The position numbers and the translations under genes are program-made. Below the pieces are notes generated by a model that worked only from the letters and a program-made list of their open reading frames with translations, ran no database searches and was not told the origin of the DNA. Below, piece by piece: positions 8,257-17,458 of a stretch of 64,000 nt of DNA (position 1 is its first letter; each line of letters starts with the position of its first letter). Source of the DNA: Verrucomicrobiota bacterium. Its GTDB lineage: Bacteria > Verrucomicrobiota > Verrucomicrobiia > Opitutales > Cerasicoccaceae. Location of the stretch: assembly GCA_039818205.1 (NCBI GenBank), contig JBCBUK010000004.1, positions 104,302 to 168,301 on the forward strand. The letters run 5' to 3'.

Positions 8257-10752
8257 TTAGAAAACCGTTCCAAACGAAAAGTTGAATACCGGCCCTGGGC
8301 TGTCGTTGTAATCGTCAGCATGAATCGGCCACGCAAAGTCGAGATTGAGCGGCGAGCCGAGGAGCATAATGATCAAACCAGCACCGACGTTGTCATTCCA
8401 ACCACCGAAGGTTTGGGGTGGAACCGGAGCCGGCAAACGGCGCACCAGCGCAAACTGCGGACGGACGGAGGCAATAATGCCTGAGCCGGTTTCTGGATCC
8501 GGCAGGAAGTTGCCTGCGCTCGAATTGACGAAGCCACCATCGTAGAAGAATTTAAACCCGAGCTGCTCCATGACGCGAACGATGTATTCGGCTTGCACCA
8601 TGGCCATGCTATCACCACCAACGGCCTCACCAGAGATAAAGTCCTTCGGGCCAACTTCCCGGAATTGGAAGCCACGAAGTGTGTAGGGTCCGCCGAGGAA
8701 GTATTTGTCGAAGAATGGCACGCCGTCTTCAAAGGTCTGAGGAAGGAAGGAGCGTTGGTTAAAGAAGATACCGGTTTCCGTTTTCGTTGGAATGACGGTT
8801 CCCGCACGAGCGTGCAGTCGGATGGTTTGGTCCATGAACTCGAAGGTCGGAATGTATTGCGTGGCTCGAATTTCCTGGCGCACATAGTCGGTGTTTCCGC
8901 CAAGAACCGTTCCCGCAAGCTCACTAATATATTCGAAGCGGTTACCACTCGTAGTCCAAATGAGGTCGTTTCGCGTGTCACGAAGCAGTTGGAAACCAAC
9001 TTTTGAAACGGTTCGGGTGCCACTTTCCTGTTGGATAACCGGCGAGGCGAAAGGATTTACGTCCTTAATGTCAACCTGTTCGATGGTGTAGGATAGGCGG
9101 CCTTCGACGAGCTCGAAGAGACGCTTACGCAGGTAGAGCTGCAAGCCGGTGCGGAGTTCATTGTAGTCGCTGGACAAAAAGTCCGACTCGGTGCGATAGA
9201 TTTCAAAGCCGAAAGCCAATTCACGCTGGAATACCCAAGGCTCTTCGAAGGAGAGTAGGAATTCGTTGGATTGCAAACCAAGCGAGAGGCGAAGGCGGAA
9301 CTTCTGACCACCACCTTGGAACATCGAACGGTAGTTGAAGAGATCGAAGTTACTTTGGGTGAGTTCAGCGAATGCCACGATTGATTCAACCGAGCTGAAA
9401 CCGGCTCCGAAGGTCAGGTTACCCGTGCTGCCTTCCTTAACGGTGACACGCAGGTTGCGGCGATTCGGCAGATTGCTAGCTTCGGGGGCAAGGTTGACCT
9501 CTTCGAAAAAGCGAGTGTTTTCCAGTCGGCGCTGGCTGGCCTTCATCCGGACGAGGTCGAATACGTCTCCCGGCGCCAAAGCGAGTTCCCGAATGATCAC
9601 GTTGTTTCGTGTCTTCGTATTGCCCTGGAGCGTGATGCTTTCGACGTAAAACTGCTCACCCTCGGTGATCACGAAGGTCAGGTCGATTCGGCCCGTTTCG
9701 ACGTCTGGTAGTCGCTCGATCCGCACAAAAGTGTCGAGGTAACCAATTTGGCCATAAAAGTCTTTGAGGTTCTCAACATCTCGGTCAATTGCAGCTGGCG
9801 AGAATACATCGCCGGTGCGTGTTGCCAAAATGGCCGCGAGTTGGTCGGAAGTGAAAAGCTGGTTACCTTTGAATGTCGTGTCGCCGACGAAGTAGCGGCG
9901 GCCTTCCTTAATGGTGATGATGATATTTAGCTCACCGTCATCTGGGTATTCCAAAACGACTTCAGATTCCGGAATTTCAACGTCGAGGTAGCCCTCGTTC
10001 TTATAGAAGTCGCGCAGAGTCTCCAAGTCGCGCTGAAAGTCTTCCTCTTGGAGGCGACCGCCACCGATAAGCCAGGACCAGAGCCAAAAATACTCTTCGG
10101 TAATCATCAATCCCCGCAATTCGCCGGAGCTGTAGTTGTCGTTTCCGACAAACTCGATATTATCGATGTCGAGCTTGTCGCCTTCTTCGACTTCGAAAAT
10201 GATGATCGCATTGCCGGTCGTATCATTCCGGTCGATGCGGTAGTCAACCTTGGCATTGGTGTAGCCATTTTTTTGCAGCTCATCAAAAATCTTGGTCGAG
10301 TCGCGCTTGACCTGAACCTCGTCCAGGGGAAGCCCGGCGTCGGACTCAATCTCGTCTTCCAGGTCATCGGCATCGACTTTGTTCAAGCCCTCGAACTCAA
10401 TTGCGGTAATCCGGTACTTCGGAACAACCACGAAGATCAGCTCGACGTTGCCGTTCGGCTGAGTCTGGCGGCGAGCCTCGATGAATTCAAAGAGGCCGCT
10501 TTGGTAGAGTGATCGGACCGACTGGTCGATCTGGGTTTCTTCGTAGGGAGTACCGACTCGCTGCTGGATATGGGCGAGGACGTTCTGCTCGCTGACGTTC
10601 TTAAACCCCTCGAACTTGATGTCGATCGACTCAACAATCGGCGCCTCATTCGGCAATGCCTGGCTCCAGGCGTCGTGGGAGTAGAAGGTGAGGGCGAGCA
10701 GCAGCGCTACCTTGGTGAAGTACTCAAGCAGGTTGTGGCGTGTAGTTTTCAA
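8257..10752 (-). CDS. bamA: outer-membrane protein assembly factor BamA
   Basis: POTRA repeats, GNTKTRNNVIIREL, LRGF motif, terminal FNFSFGTVF. Confidence 0.96.
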   Translation of the reverse strand: MKTTRHNLLEYFTKVALLLALTFYSHDAWSQALPNEAPIVESIDIKFEGFKNVSEQNVLAHIQQRVGTPYEETQIDQSVRSLYQSGLFEFIEARRQTQPNGNVELIFVVVPKYRITAIEFEGLNKVDADDLEDEIESDAGLPLDEVQVKRDSTKIFDELQKNGYTNAKVDYRIDRNDTTGNAIIIFEVEEGDKLDIDNIEFVGNDNYSSGELRGLMITEEYFWLWSWLIGGGRLQEEDFQRDLETLRDFYKNEGYLDVEIPESEVVLEYPDDGELNIIITIKEGRRYFVGDTTFKGNQLFTSDQLAAILATRTGDVFSPAAIDRDVENLKDFYGQIGYLDTFVRIERLPDVETGRIDLTFVITEGEQFYVESITLQGNTKTRNNVIIRELALAPGDVFDLVRMKASQRRLENTRFFEEVNLAPEASNLPNRRNLRVTVKEGSTGNLTFGAGFSSVESIVAFAELTQSNFDLFNYRSMFQGGGQKFRLRLSLGLQSNEFLLSFEEPWVFQRELAFGFEIYRTESDFLSSDYNELRTGLQLYLRKRLFELVEGRLSYTIEQVDIKDVNPFASPVIQQESGTRTVSKVGFQLLRDTRNDLIWTTSGNRFEYISELAGTVLGGNTDYVRQEIRATQYIPTFEFMDQTIRLHARAGTVIPTKTETGIFFNQRSFLPQTFEDGVPFFDKYFLGGPYTLRGFQFREVGPKDFISGEAVGGDSMAMVQAEYIVRVMEQLGFKFFYDGGFVNSSAGNFLPDPETGSGIIASVRPQFALVRRLPAPVPPQTFGGWNDNVGAGLIIMLLGSPLNLDFAWPIHADDYNDSPGPVFNFSFGTVF

Positions 10753-12130
10753 AGCGCGTCAGGTTCTTAGTGAACATTAAGGGCACGGTTCCTACTGGGC
10801 CGTTGCGTTGTTTGGCAATGATTAAATCGCGTGCAACCGCGTCACTGGCAAGGTCTTGCTGTTCGTCGAACTCTCTAGGCTTCGAAATTAGGAGGATCAC
10901 ATCGGCATCCTGCTCGATCGATCCGGACTCCCGCAGGTCGGACATACGGGGCTGGCGTTTCTCTTTCTCACTTTCCCGATTTAGCTGGGCCAGAACGATT
11001 ACCGGAATACCGAGCTCCTTTGCCATGCCCTTCATTCCACGGGAAATTTCGGCAATTTGCTGCTCCCGAGGGACCCGTGGATCCGTCCCGGCGACCAGCT
11101 GCAGATAGTCGACAACAACGAGCCCCAATTTGTGCTGGTTTGCCAGTCGTCGGGCTTTCGCGCGAATCTCCAAAATCGTTAGTCCCGAGGAATCGTCGAT
11201 AAAGAATGGTGCGGCCTTCAGTTCCTGGGCAGCCTTGACCAAATCCTGCTGCTTTTCCTTGGGGAGGAACCCGTCGCGGAGCTTGGTCATATTGACGCGC
11301 GCGCGGCTGCAAAGCAGACGCATCGCCAGTTGCTCGGAGGGCATTTCCAGGCTGAACATCATCGTGCAGGTCGCGTCGGCACGGTGAGGAAATAGCGCGC
11401 CCTCGACCATATTCAACGCGATCGAGGTCTTACCCATCGAGGGGCGAGCTGCGACGACGATCATTTCCGCTGTGTGCCACCCCGTGGTCATGTTGTCGAG
11501 ATCGATGAAACCAGTCGGAATGCCCGTGACGCCGCCCTTGCGCTCAACCATATTGTAAACGAGCTGAACCGCCCGGTCGACAGACTTTTCCAAGGGCTCG
11601 GCCGCATCCGAGATGCGGTCTTCGGAAATCTTGTAGATACTCTGCTCGACTTCTTCGATGAACGAAGTCACGTCGCCAGGTTTTTCGTAGACACCTTCGA
11701 TGGTGCGATTACTGAAGCGAATTAGCTCGCGTAATAAGTGGTACTCTTTGATCCGCTCGACGTAGTGGGGGAGGTGCGCGGTCGTGCTGATTTGTCCCGT
11801 GATCTCGAGCAAATAGGCGTCACCTCCAATCTCTTCAAAGAGCTGCTTCTTGATCAGCTCATCGCGGATGATGATCTCGTCCACCGGAGTCTGATCATTG
11901 AACAGATCCATCATGGTCTCGTACAAGATCCGATGCTTCGTGCGGTAGAAGCACTCTGGACGGACCTTCTCCTGGATGCACAGGGAGAGCGTATCTTGAC
12001 CGCCTTCCAGCAAAATACAGCCCAAGACTGCCTGCTCCAAGCGGATGTCATGGGGGATCAAGCGATCACCAGAGTATTTCTCAAAATCGAGAACTTTGTC
12101 CGGACGCTCCTTTTTGCGTGATTCGGCCAT
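10724..12130 (-). CDS. dnaB: replicative DNA helicase (start chosen at MAESRK)
   Basis: AARPSMGKT, FSLEM, VVDYLQL, SDLRESGSIEQDAD, AKQRNGP; no intein. Confidence 0.97.
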   Translation of the reverse strand: MAESRKKERPDKVLDFEKYSGDRLIPHDIRLEQAVLGCILLEGGQDTLSLCIQEKVRPECFYRTKHRILYETMMDLFNDQTPVDEIIIRDELIKKQLFEEIGGDAYLLEITGQISTTAHLPHYVERIKEYHLLRELIRFSNRTIEGVYEKPGDVTSFIEEVEQSIYKISEDRISDAAEPLEKSVDRAVQLVYNMVERKGGVTGIPTGFIDLDNMTTGWHTAEMIVVAARPSMGKTSIALNMVEGALFPHRADATCTMMFSLEMPSEQLAMRLLCSRARVNMTKLRDGFLPKEKQQDLVKAAQELKAAPFFIDDSSGLTILEIRAKARRLANQHKLGLVVVDYLQLVAGTDPRVPREQQIAEISRGMKGMAKELGIPVIVLAQLNRESEKEKRQPRMSDLRESGSIEQDADVILLISKPREFDEQQDLASDAVARDLIIAKQRNGPVGTVPLMFTKNLTRFENYTPQPA

Positions 12131-12183
12131 CCCACCAATCTGCCCAACTGTCACCTTGCCGTAAAGAAAAACGAGTTCGCAGA

Positions 12184-12207
12184 TTATTCAGAGACGATTG
12201 TGAATAA
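12184..12207. promoter_or_regulatory. inverted pair of DnaA-box-like 9-mers upstream of dnaB
   Basis: TTATTCAGA (12184-92, +, 1 mismatch) and TTATTCACA (12199-207, -) versus consensus TTWTNCACA. Confidence 0.35.
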
Positions 12208-12211
12208 ATCC

Positions 12212-12547
12212 CTAACCACCTAGGCCGGAGAAGAAATCACCGATGAATCCAAAAACACCGCCGATGCCGGCGGCCACCATACCTAACCCTTCAAAAGCCA
12301 CCTCAAAGGTTGATGTGACAATCTCTAAGACACCGCCGCCCTCGGACACCGCGGGGCCTCCAATCATTAGCAGACCGCAGACGAGTGCGACCGCTATGTT
12401 CAGGCTGATTCCCACTAAGATCCAAATGAGAGTGGCACCGACCAAAAGCAGGCTGCCAAACATTCCTAGCAATCGCTTGAACCAATGGCGTTTCTTTTTC
12501 GATTCAGAAATCAAATTAAACAGATTCAATTCCTTGGTCAGTATCAC
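12212..12547 (-). CDS. small hypothetical membrane protein
   Basis: Two hydrophobic segments and a Gly-rich tail; co-oriented between folB and dnaB. Confidence 0.55.
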   Translation of the reverse strand: MILTKELNLFNLISESKKKRHWFKRLLGMFGSLLLVGATLIWILVGISLNIAVALVCGLLMIGGPAVSEGGGVLEIVTSTFEVAFEGLGMVAAGIGGVFGFIGDFFSGLGG

Positions 12548-12562
12548 GGTGGGTTTGTTCCG

Positions 12563-12922
12563 CTAGCGCGATCGCTCAATCTCGACGCCCACGTGATCAA
12601 ATTTGCCGGGGATTGGTGCGTTGGGCTTTTTGATGGTCACCTGGATGGATTGGACCAACGGAAAATTTTCCAATACCTTGGAGGAAATACGCTCGGCAAC
12701 TGTTTCGATTAGATCGTATCGGTCCTTTTCGACGATGTCGCGCGCGACGACAAACACCTCGGCGTAGTTGACCGTTTTTTCCAGGTCGTCCGATTGGCCA
12801 CTCGGCTGAAGGTCGAGGCTAAGGACGATATCGACAACGAAGGTTTGCCCAGTTTCTTTCTCGATCGCGAGAACGCCATGGTAGCCGTAGAAATTGAGGT
12901 CTTTGAGGTAGATTTTATCCAT
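12563..12922 (-). CDS. folB: dihydroneopterin aldolase
   Basis: FYGYHGV, TVNYAEV, LIETVAE, KPNAP. Confidence 0.95.
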   Translation of the reverse strand: MDKIYLKDLNFYGYHGVLAIEKETGQTFVVDIVLSLDLQPSGQSDDLEKTVNYAEVFVVARDIVEKDRYDLIETVAERISSKVLENFPLVQSIQVTIKKPNAPIPGKFDHVGVEIERSR

Positions 12923-13742
12923 GGCGGTAAATCGCTTCGGCCATTTGGATTGTGCGTCGGTTGGCCTCGATATCGTGAACGCGGATGATGTCCACTCCTT
13001 GTTGAACGCCGACTGTTGTGGTGGCTAAGGTCCCTTCGAGCCGCTGATCGACGGGCAAGTCGAGGGTTTTGCCAATGACAGACTTTCGCGAAGCACCCAG
13101 TAGGATCGGAAAGCCGAGTGATTTGAGTTCGCTGACCCGGCGTAAAATCGTGAGATTCTGCTCCACGGTCATCCCAAAGCCAATGCCGGGATCGAGGATG
13201 ATTTTCGATTCCTTGATTCCTGCGCTGGTCGCTAAGAAAACCGATTTTTCCAGGAAGCGTTGGATAGCTGAGATCACATCGCCTTCGACCGGTTCGCCCC
13301 GCGCGTTGTGCATCAGGATCGCACCGGCGTCGAACGATGCCACGGTTTCGGCCATTGCCGGGTCGTATTGAAAGCCCCAGACGTCGTTGATCAGATCGAC
13401 CCCCATCTCGAGTGAATGTTGGGCAACGGAGGCTTTGTAGGTATCGACAGAAATCGGAACCGAGGTGTTTCCAACCAACGCTTTTAGGATCGGATCGAGC
13501 CGGGCAATTTCCTCGTAAGCTGTGATGGGTTCAGCGCCTGGGCGCGTCGATTCCGCACCGATATCAATAAAGTCGGCACCATCAGCAACCATTGCCTCAA
13601 TCTGTGCCAGGGCTGATTCCGGTTCAAAAAACAGTCCGCCGTCGGAAAAGGAATCGGGCGTCGCGTTCAATATGCCCATCAGGAGGGTGCGCTCCCCCCA
13701 GACGGGAGGCATCCAGGTAGACCGTTCTTTAGTGGGTTCCAT
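12915..13742 (-). CDS. folP: dihydropteroate synthase (start chosen at MEPTK)
   Basis: MGILNATPDSFSDGG, GAESTRPGA, DPGIGF, GASRKS, IRVHD. Confidence 0.96.
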   Translation of the reverse strand: MEPTKERSTWMPPVWGERTLLMGILNATPDSFSDGGLFFEPESALAQIEAMVADGADFIDIGAESTRPGAEPITAYEEIARLDPILKALVGNTSVPISVDTYKASVAQHSLEMGVDLINDVWGFQYDPAMAETVASFDAGAILMHNARGEPVEGDVISAIQRFLEKSVFLATSAGIKESKIILDPGIGFGMTVEQNLTILRRVSELKSLGFPILLGASRKSVIGKTLDLPVDQRLEGTLATTTVGVQQGVDIIRVHDIEANRRTIQMAEAIYRHG

Positions 13743-14505
13743 GGTCGTTGTCGTGCCAGTGGGCGAGAATCCAGGCCGCGAACGCGTCAACTGCTCCAGC
13801 GAGAACAACTCCCGTGAAAGCTGCGATAAGGCAAAGCGCATAGATTTCCGCGTCACCGCCAGCTTCGTAATATTCACGTAGAAGCCGCCCGAGGCCAGGT
13901 TGATTTGCCAAGCTACCCGCGAGGAAATCGGTTAACAGTGTCGCTAGCGGCGCCAAGATTGCCGCCCGTCGAAGGGCTTTGATCAAACTCGGAAACGCAT
14001 GAGGAAACCGCAGATACATGATCTGTTGCCGATAGTCGGCCCGGTAGGTTTTAAATAGGTCGACCAACACTTTATCCGTTGTGGTGAGGGCAGGCGTGTA
14101 AATGGCCACAAACGGGAAATAACAAATGATTGCGGTGATGAGCATCAGCGAGACCCAAATGGGAAGGGGGCTAATGATCATCAATGGCGTTAGAACAAGT
14201 AGCGGCGTCATCCGGCCAATCGCAAACCAAGGCTTCAAGGCGAGGCTCAGACCACGGTAACTGACAAGGAGGATTGCGGTCACGATCCCGAAAATTGATG
14301 CCAGAATGAATCCACCAATCATTGCAAGAACGTCACGCCCCAGGGCGGGCAATATTTGTCCACTTTCCTTGCCCAGTGCTATCGCGACGGCAAACGGGCT
14401 GGGAAGGGCTTCGTGCTTGGTGTCCACGAGTGCGAGGCAGATCCAGATGATTAGGACGACTCCAGCGGTCACGAGGGGCAACACCCATTGTAATCGGCCG
14501 TTCAT
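13729..14505 (-). CDS. NitT/TauT-family ABC permease (divergent)
   Basis: LPSP motif, ~6 TM, GLG motif; ATGA overlap with the ATPase gene. Confidence 0.8.
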   Translation of the reverse strand: MNGRLQWVLPLVTAGVVLIIWICLALVDTKHEALPSPFAVAIALGKESGQILPALGRDVLAMIGGFILASIFGIVTAILLVSYRGLSLALKPWFAIGRMTPLLVLTPLMIISPLPIWVSLMLITAIICYFPFVAIYTPALTTTDKVLVDLFKTYRADYRQQIMYLRFPHAFPSLIKALRRAAILAPLATLLTDFLAGSLANQPGLGRLLREYYEAGGDAEIYALCLIAAFTGVVLAGAVDAFAAWILAHWHDNDHGTH

Positions 14506-15278
14506 GATGCAACGCCCTCCTGCGATTCATTCAAGGTAGAGCGAACGCGAGTCACGGCTTCCTGAAATTCATTGCTTTCCCGCCAGGCCAATTTTCGCGG
14601 GAAATCTTTCTCCACTTCGATAATTTCTTTGATTTTGCCGGGGTTGGCAGAGAGGACCACAATTCGATTCGCCATGAAGACGGCCTCGGCGGCTGAGTGG
14701 GTGACGAGGCATGCCGAGAAGGTTTGCTTTGAGCGCACTTTCATGAGCTCAGCGCTCAGTTTATTCCGGGTAATGGCATCCAGCCCCGCAAATGGCTCAT
14801 CCATTAGGAGGCAATTGGGCTCGGTGATCATCGCCCGCGCAAATGCGGCTCGCATGCGGTTTCCCGGCGTCAGCTGGACGGGAAATCGCTGGGCGATATG
14901 GGAGATGTCCCAGAGCTTCATCATCGCGTTGGCCCGCGCGTCCTGCTCATTCCGGTCAATTCCCGCTAGCTGAAGTGGCAGGAGGATGTTTCTCCGCACC
15001 GTTCTCCAAGGGAGTAGGGCGGCCTCGCTAAATACAAATGCACTTGGCGTTGCATAAGCCGGACGCCCTTCTGGATCAGGATACTCGATTTCTCCTGCGG
15101 TCAACGGTGTCAGGCCAGCAATCAGTCGTAGGATCGTGGATTTGCCACAGCCGCGAGGCCCGATCAAGGCAACGATATCGCCAGAAGCGATATCAAGCGA
15201 CAAGCTGTCCAATACGGCACGGCCGCTGGCGTAGCGTTTGCTGACGTCAATTAATCGCAGATTCGTCTGATTCGGCAT
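14502..15278 (-). CDS. NitT/TauT-family ABC ATP-binding protein (degenerate signature)
   Basis: Walker A GPRGCGKST, LLPWRTV, Walker B LLMDEPF, LVTHS; signature reads LTPGN. Confidence 0.88.
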   Translation of the reverse strand: MPNQTNLRLIDVSKRYASGRAVLDSLSLDIASGDIVALIGPRGCGKSTILRLIAGLTPLTAGEIEYPDPEGRPAYATPSAFVFSEAALLPWRTVRRNILLPLQLAGIDRNEQDARANAMMKLWDISHIAQRFPVQLTPGNRMRAAFARAMITEPNCLLMDEPFAGLDAITRNKLSAELMKVRSKQTFSACLVTHSAAEAVFMANRIVVLSANPGKIKEIIEVEKDFPRKLAWRESNEFQEAVTRVRSTLNESQEGVAS

Positions 15279-15551
15279 TAGTAGTCAGCTGAGAGATACG
15301 CTACGCTTTCCGGATCGGCAAGGCGGAACATGAAATTCCCCGGAAACAATTGCCTCCTGCGGGACTATCGCCTTGCCGTACCCGTATGGCACGAAAAACG
15401 AAGCTGCTGACTGGGCTTCAGTTGGTGTCGTTCGCTGGGCCAACCTTAAGAGTGAACCTCGATGACCCGTTGGCGGGCCCGTCGACGCAGGTCGTAAGTC
15501 TGCTTCTAAAACGGCTGAGTTGCGAGAATTGCCCGTTCTATCGGTCGTTGC

Positions 15552-15983
15552 CTAGGCAGTGATCCGGTTGCGAATCATCTCGTGGGTATTGGCCGATTGG
15601 ATCATGCCGCTGAGTAGGCGGGCCATTTGGGATAGGTGGCGCTTGCCGGCAATGGCATCTCCAGGCTCCAACACATTGCGAGCAACCATCATGTCGAGAA
15701 CTGCGGCGCAGGCAAGAACGGCTCCTTTGGCCATCTCGATGGACTTCACGCGGTCGGATGCATTGGATTTGCCGGTGGCATCAACAATGTGGATCGGAAT
15801 CGAATTTGCGATTTTGTCCAGTTGCTCAGATAGACCTTTGCGCTTCTGAGGTAAGTCAACGAACTGCTCCACCATGACCACCCACTCGATTCCGAGCTGG
15901 TAGACCTTTTGATTTTCGTGGGGAAACAAATTGCCGACTGTGCGGCTGCCGTTGGTTTCTTTCTGATTAATCTGAGGTGGCAT
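15552..15983 (-). CDS. four-helix-bundle protein (23S rRNA-IVP-like family)
   Basis: FPHENQKVYQ...QLDKIANSIPIHI...AKGAVLACAAVLD pattern. Confidence 0.7.
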   Translation of the reverse strand: MPPQINQKETNGSRTVGNLFPHENQKVYQLGIEWVVMVEQFVDLPQKRKGLSEQLDKIANSIPIHIVDATGKSNASDRVKSIEMAKGAVLACAAVLDMMVARNVLEPGDAIAGKRHLSQMARLLSGMIQSANTHEMIRNRITA

Positions 15984-16001
15984 AATAAAGATACTCGTTA
16001 G

Positions 16002-17369
16002 TTAGTTTATCACTACAGTCTTCACATTGACAAATTCTTTGATGCCCTGGGAAGCAAGTTCGCGTCCGTAACCTGATCGTTTCACTCCGCCGAAGGGCAT
16101 TCGGGGATCACTTTTGACGTAGTCGTTTACAAATACAGCGCCTGATTGTAGCCTATCAACAGCCAATCGGCGAGCCCGTTCTTTATTCTTGGTGAATACT
16201 GCGGCGCCGAGGCCATATTCACTGCTGTTGGCGATGTTTACGGCCTCCTCTTCATCTGAGGCTTCGATAATCGTTAAAACGGGGCCAAAAAGTTCTTCGC
16301 TGAAAGCTGGACACTGGTCGGTGACATCGGTGAGGGCTGTGGCTGGATACCAGGCGCCGGGCCGGTCGGGGATGGCTCCGCCAGTCAGGCAGCGAGCGCC
16401 AGCGGCAATACTGTTAGTGACTTGTTGATGAAGTTCATCCCGTAGGTCTGCGCGGGCCAGGGGCCCGAGCTTCGTCGCCGTATCGGTCGGATCGCCAGGC
16501 GTGATCGCTGCCATTGCCTGGGAAACTTTCGTTTCAAACTCGGACTTAATACCGGGCAAAACGATGGCGCGCTTTGCGGCTACGCAGCTTTGGCCGCCAT
16601 TAATCATGCGTGAGGCGACGATTTTTTCTACGGCGAGGCCGATGTCGGCATCCTCAAATACGAGGTAGGGGTCTGATCCGCCGAGTTCGAGGACCGTTTT
16701 CTTGATCTGAGAACCCGCCATCGCCGCAACCTTTTCCCCGGCTGCTGTTGAGCCCGTCAGCGTCACCGCGTGGATTGCCGGGTGGGCAATGGCGACCGCA
16801 GCGCCTTCAGATCCGACCATCAAGGTGCGGAAAACGTTCATCGGGAAGCCGGCTTGCTGGAAGATGGCTTCAAGCGAGAGCGCACACTGAGGGACATTGG
16901 AAGAGTGCTTCAGGACCATGGCGTTTCCGGCCATCATCGCTGGAGCTGCGGCGCGAAATACCTGCCAAAAGGGGAAATTCCAGGGCATAATGGCCAAAAC
17001 CGCTCCCAAAGGTTCATGATGAACGAGGGCCTCACCGGGGGCATCTTCGATGGGAATGTCGGCCAAGAACCGCTCGCCGTTATCCGCATAGTATTCGCAG
17101 ACCCAGGCACACTTTTCGCATTCAGCTTTGGATTCGGCGATGGGTTTTCCCATCTCCAAAGTGATGGTTTTCGCATACGCTTCCTGGTTTTCGCGGAGTA
17201 TCTGTGCGACTCGCTGAAAGCACTCGGCCCGTTCACGGAAAGAAAAGCCACGCCATTGGGTCGCGTCGGTCTCGACCGCTTCCAGAACCCGCAGGATTTC
17301 GGTGATCTCCATAGTAGGAAATTCCCGGACAAATTCTCCGGTAGCGGGGTTGACGGTTTGCAATGGCAT
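16002..17369 (-). CDS. gabD: NAD(P)-dependent succinate-semialdehyde dehydrogenase (Sad/GabD type)
   Basis: IMPWNFPFWQ, LTGS, LELGGSDP, GQSC, EELFGP, PFGGVKRSGYGREL. Confidence 0.88.
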   Translation of the reverse strand: MPLQTVNPATGEFVREFPTMEITEILRVLEAVETDATQWRGFSFRERAECFQRVAQILRENQEAYAKTITLEMGKPIAESKAECEKCAWVCEYYADNGERFLADIPIEDAPGEALVHHEPLGAVLAIMPWNFPFWQVFRAAAPAMMAGNAMVLKHSSNVPQCALSLEAIFQQAGFPMNVFRTLMVGSEGAAVAIAHPAIHAVTLTGSTAAGEKVAAMAGSQIKKTVLELGGSDPYLVFEDADIGLAVEKIVASRMINGGQSCVAAKRAIVLPGIKSEFETKVSQAMAAITPGDPTDTATKLGPLARADLRDELHQQVTNSIAAGARCLTGGAIPDRPGAWYPATALTDVTDQCPAFSEELFGPVLTIIEASDEEEAVNIANSSEYGLGAAVFTKNKERARRLAVDRLQSGAVFVNDYVKSDPRMPFGGVKRSGYGRELASQGIKEFVNVKTVVIN

Positions 17370-17458
17370 ACGGGAAGAAAGATAGAAAGTCCCGATCCGA
17401 TCTACGTCAATCTTTTCAACGGCGGAGTCTCAAAGGCCCTAATGATGAATTAGGCCTT

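Noticed and set aside
10724..12130. Intein in DnaB
   Set aside because: Normal length with contiguous helicase motifs
15279..15551. TPP riboswitch before the ABC pair
   Set aside because: CTGAGA is on the wrong strand and the rest of the consensus is missing
15552..15983. Four-helix-bundle gene as a DGR Avd or an rRNA intervening sequence
   Set aside because: No RT and no rRNA nearby; such genes are commonly scattered in these genomes
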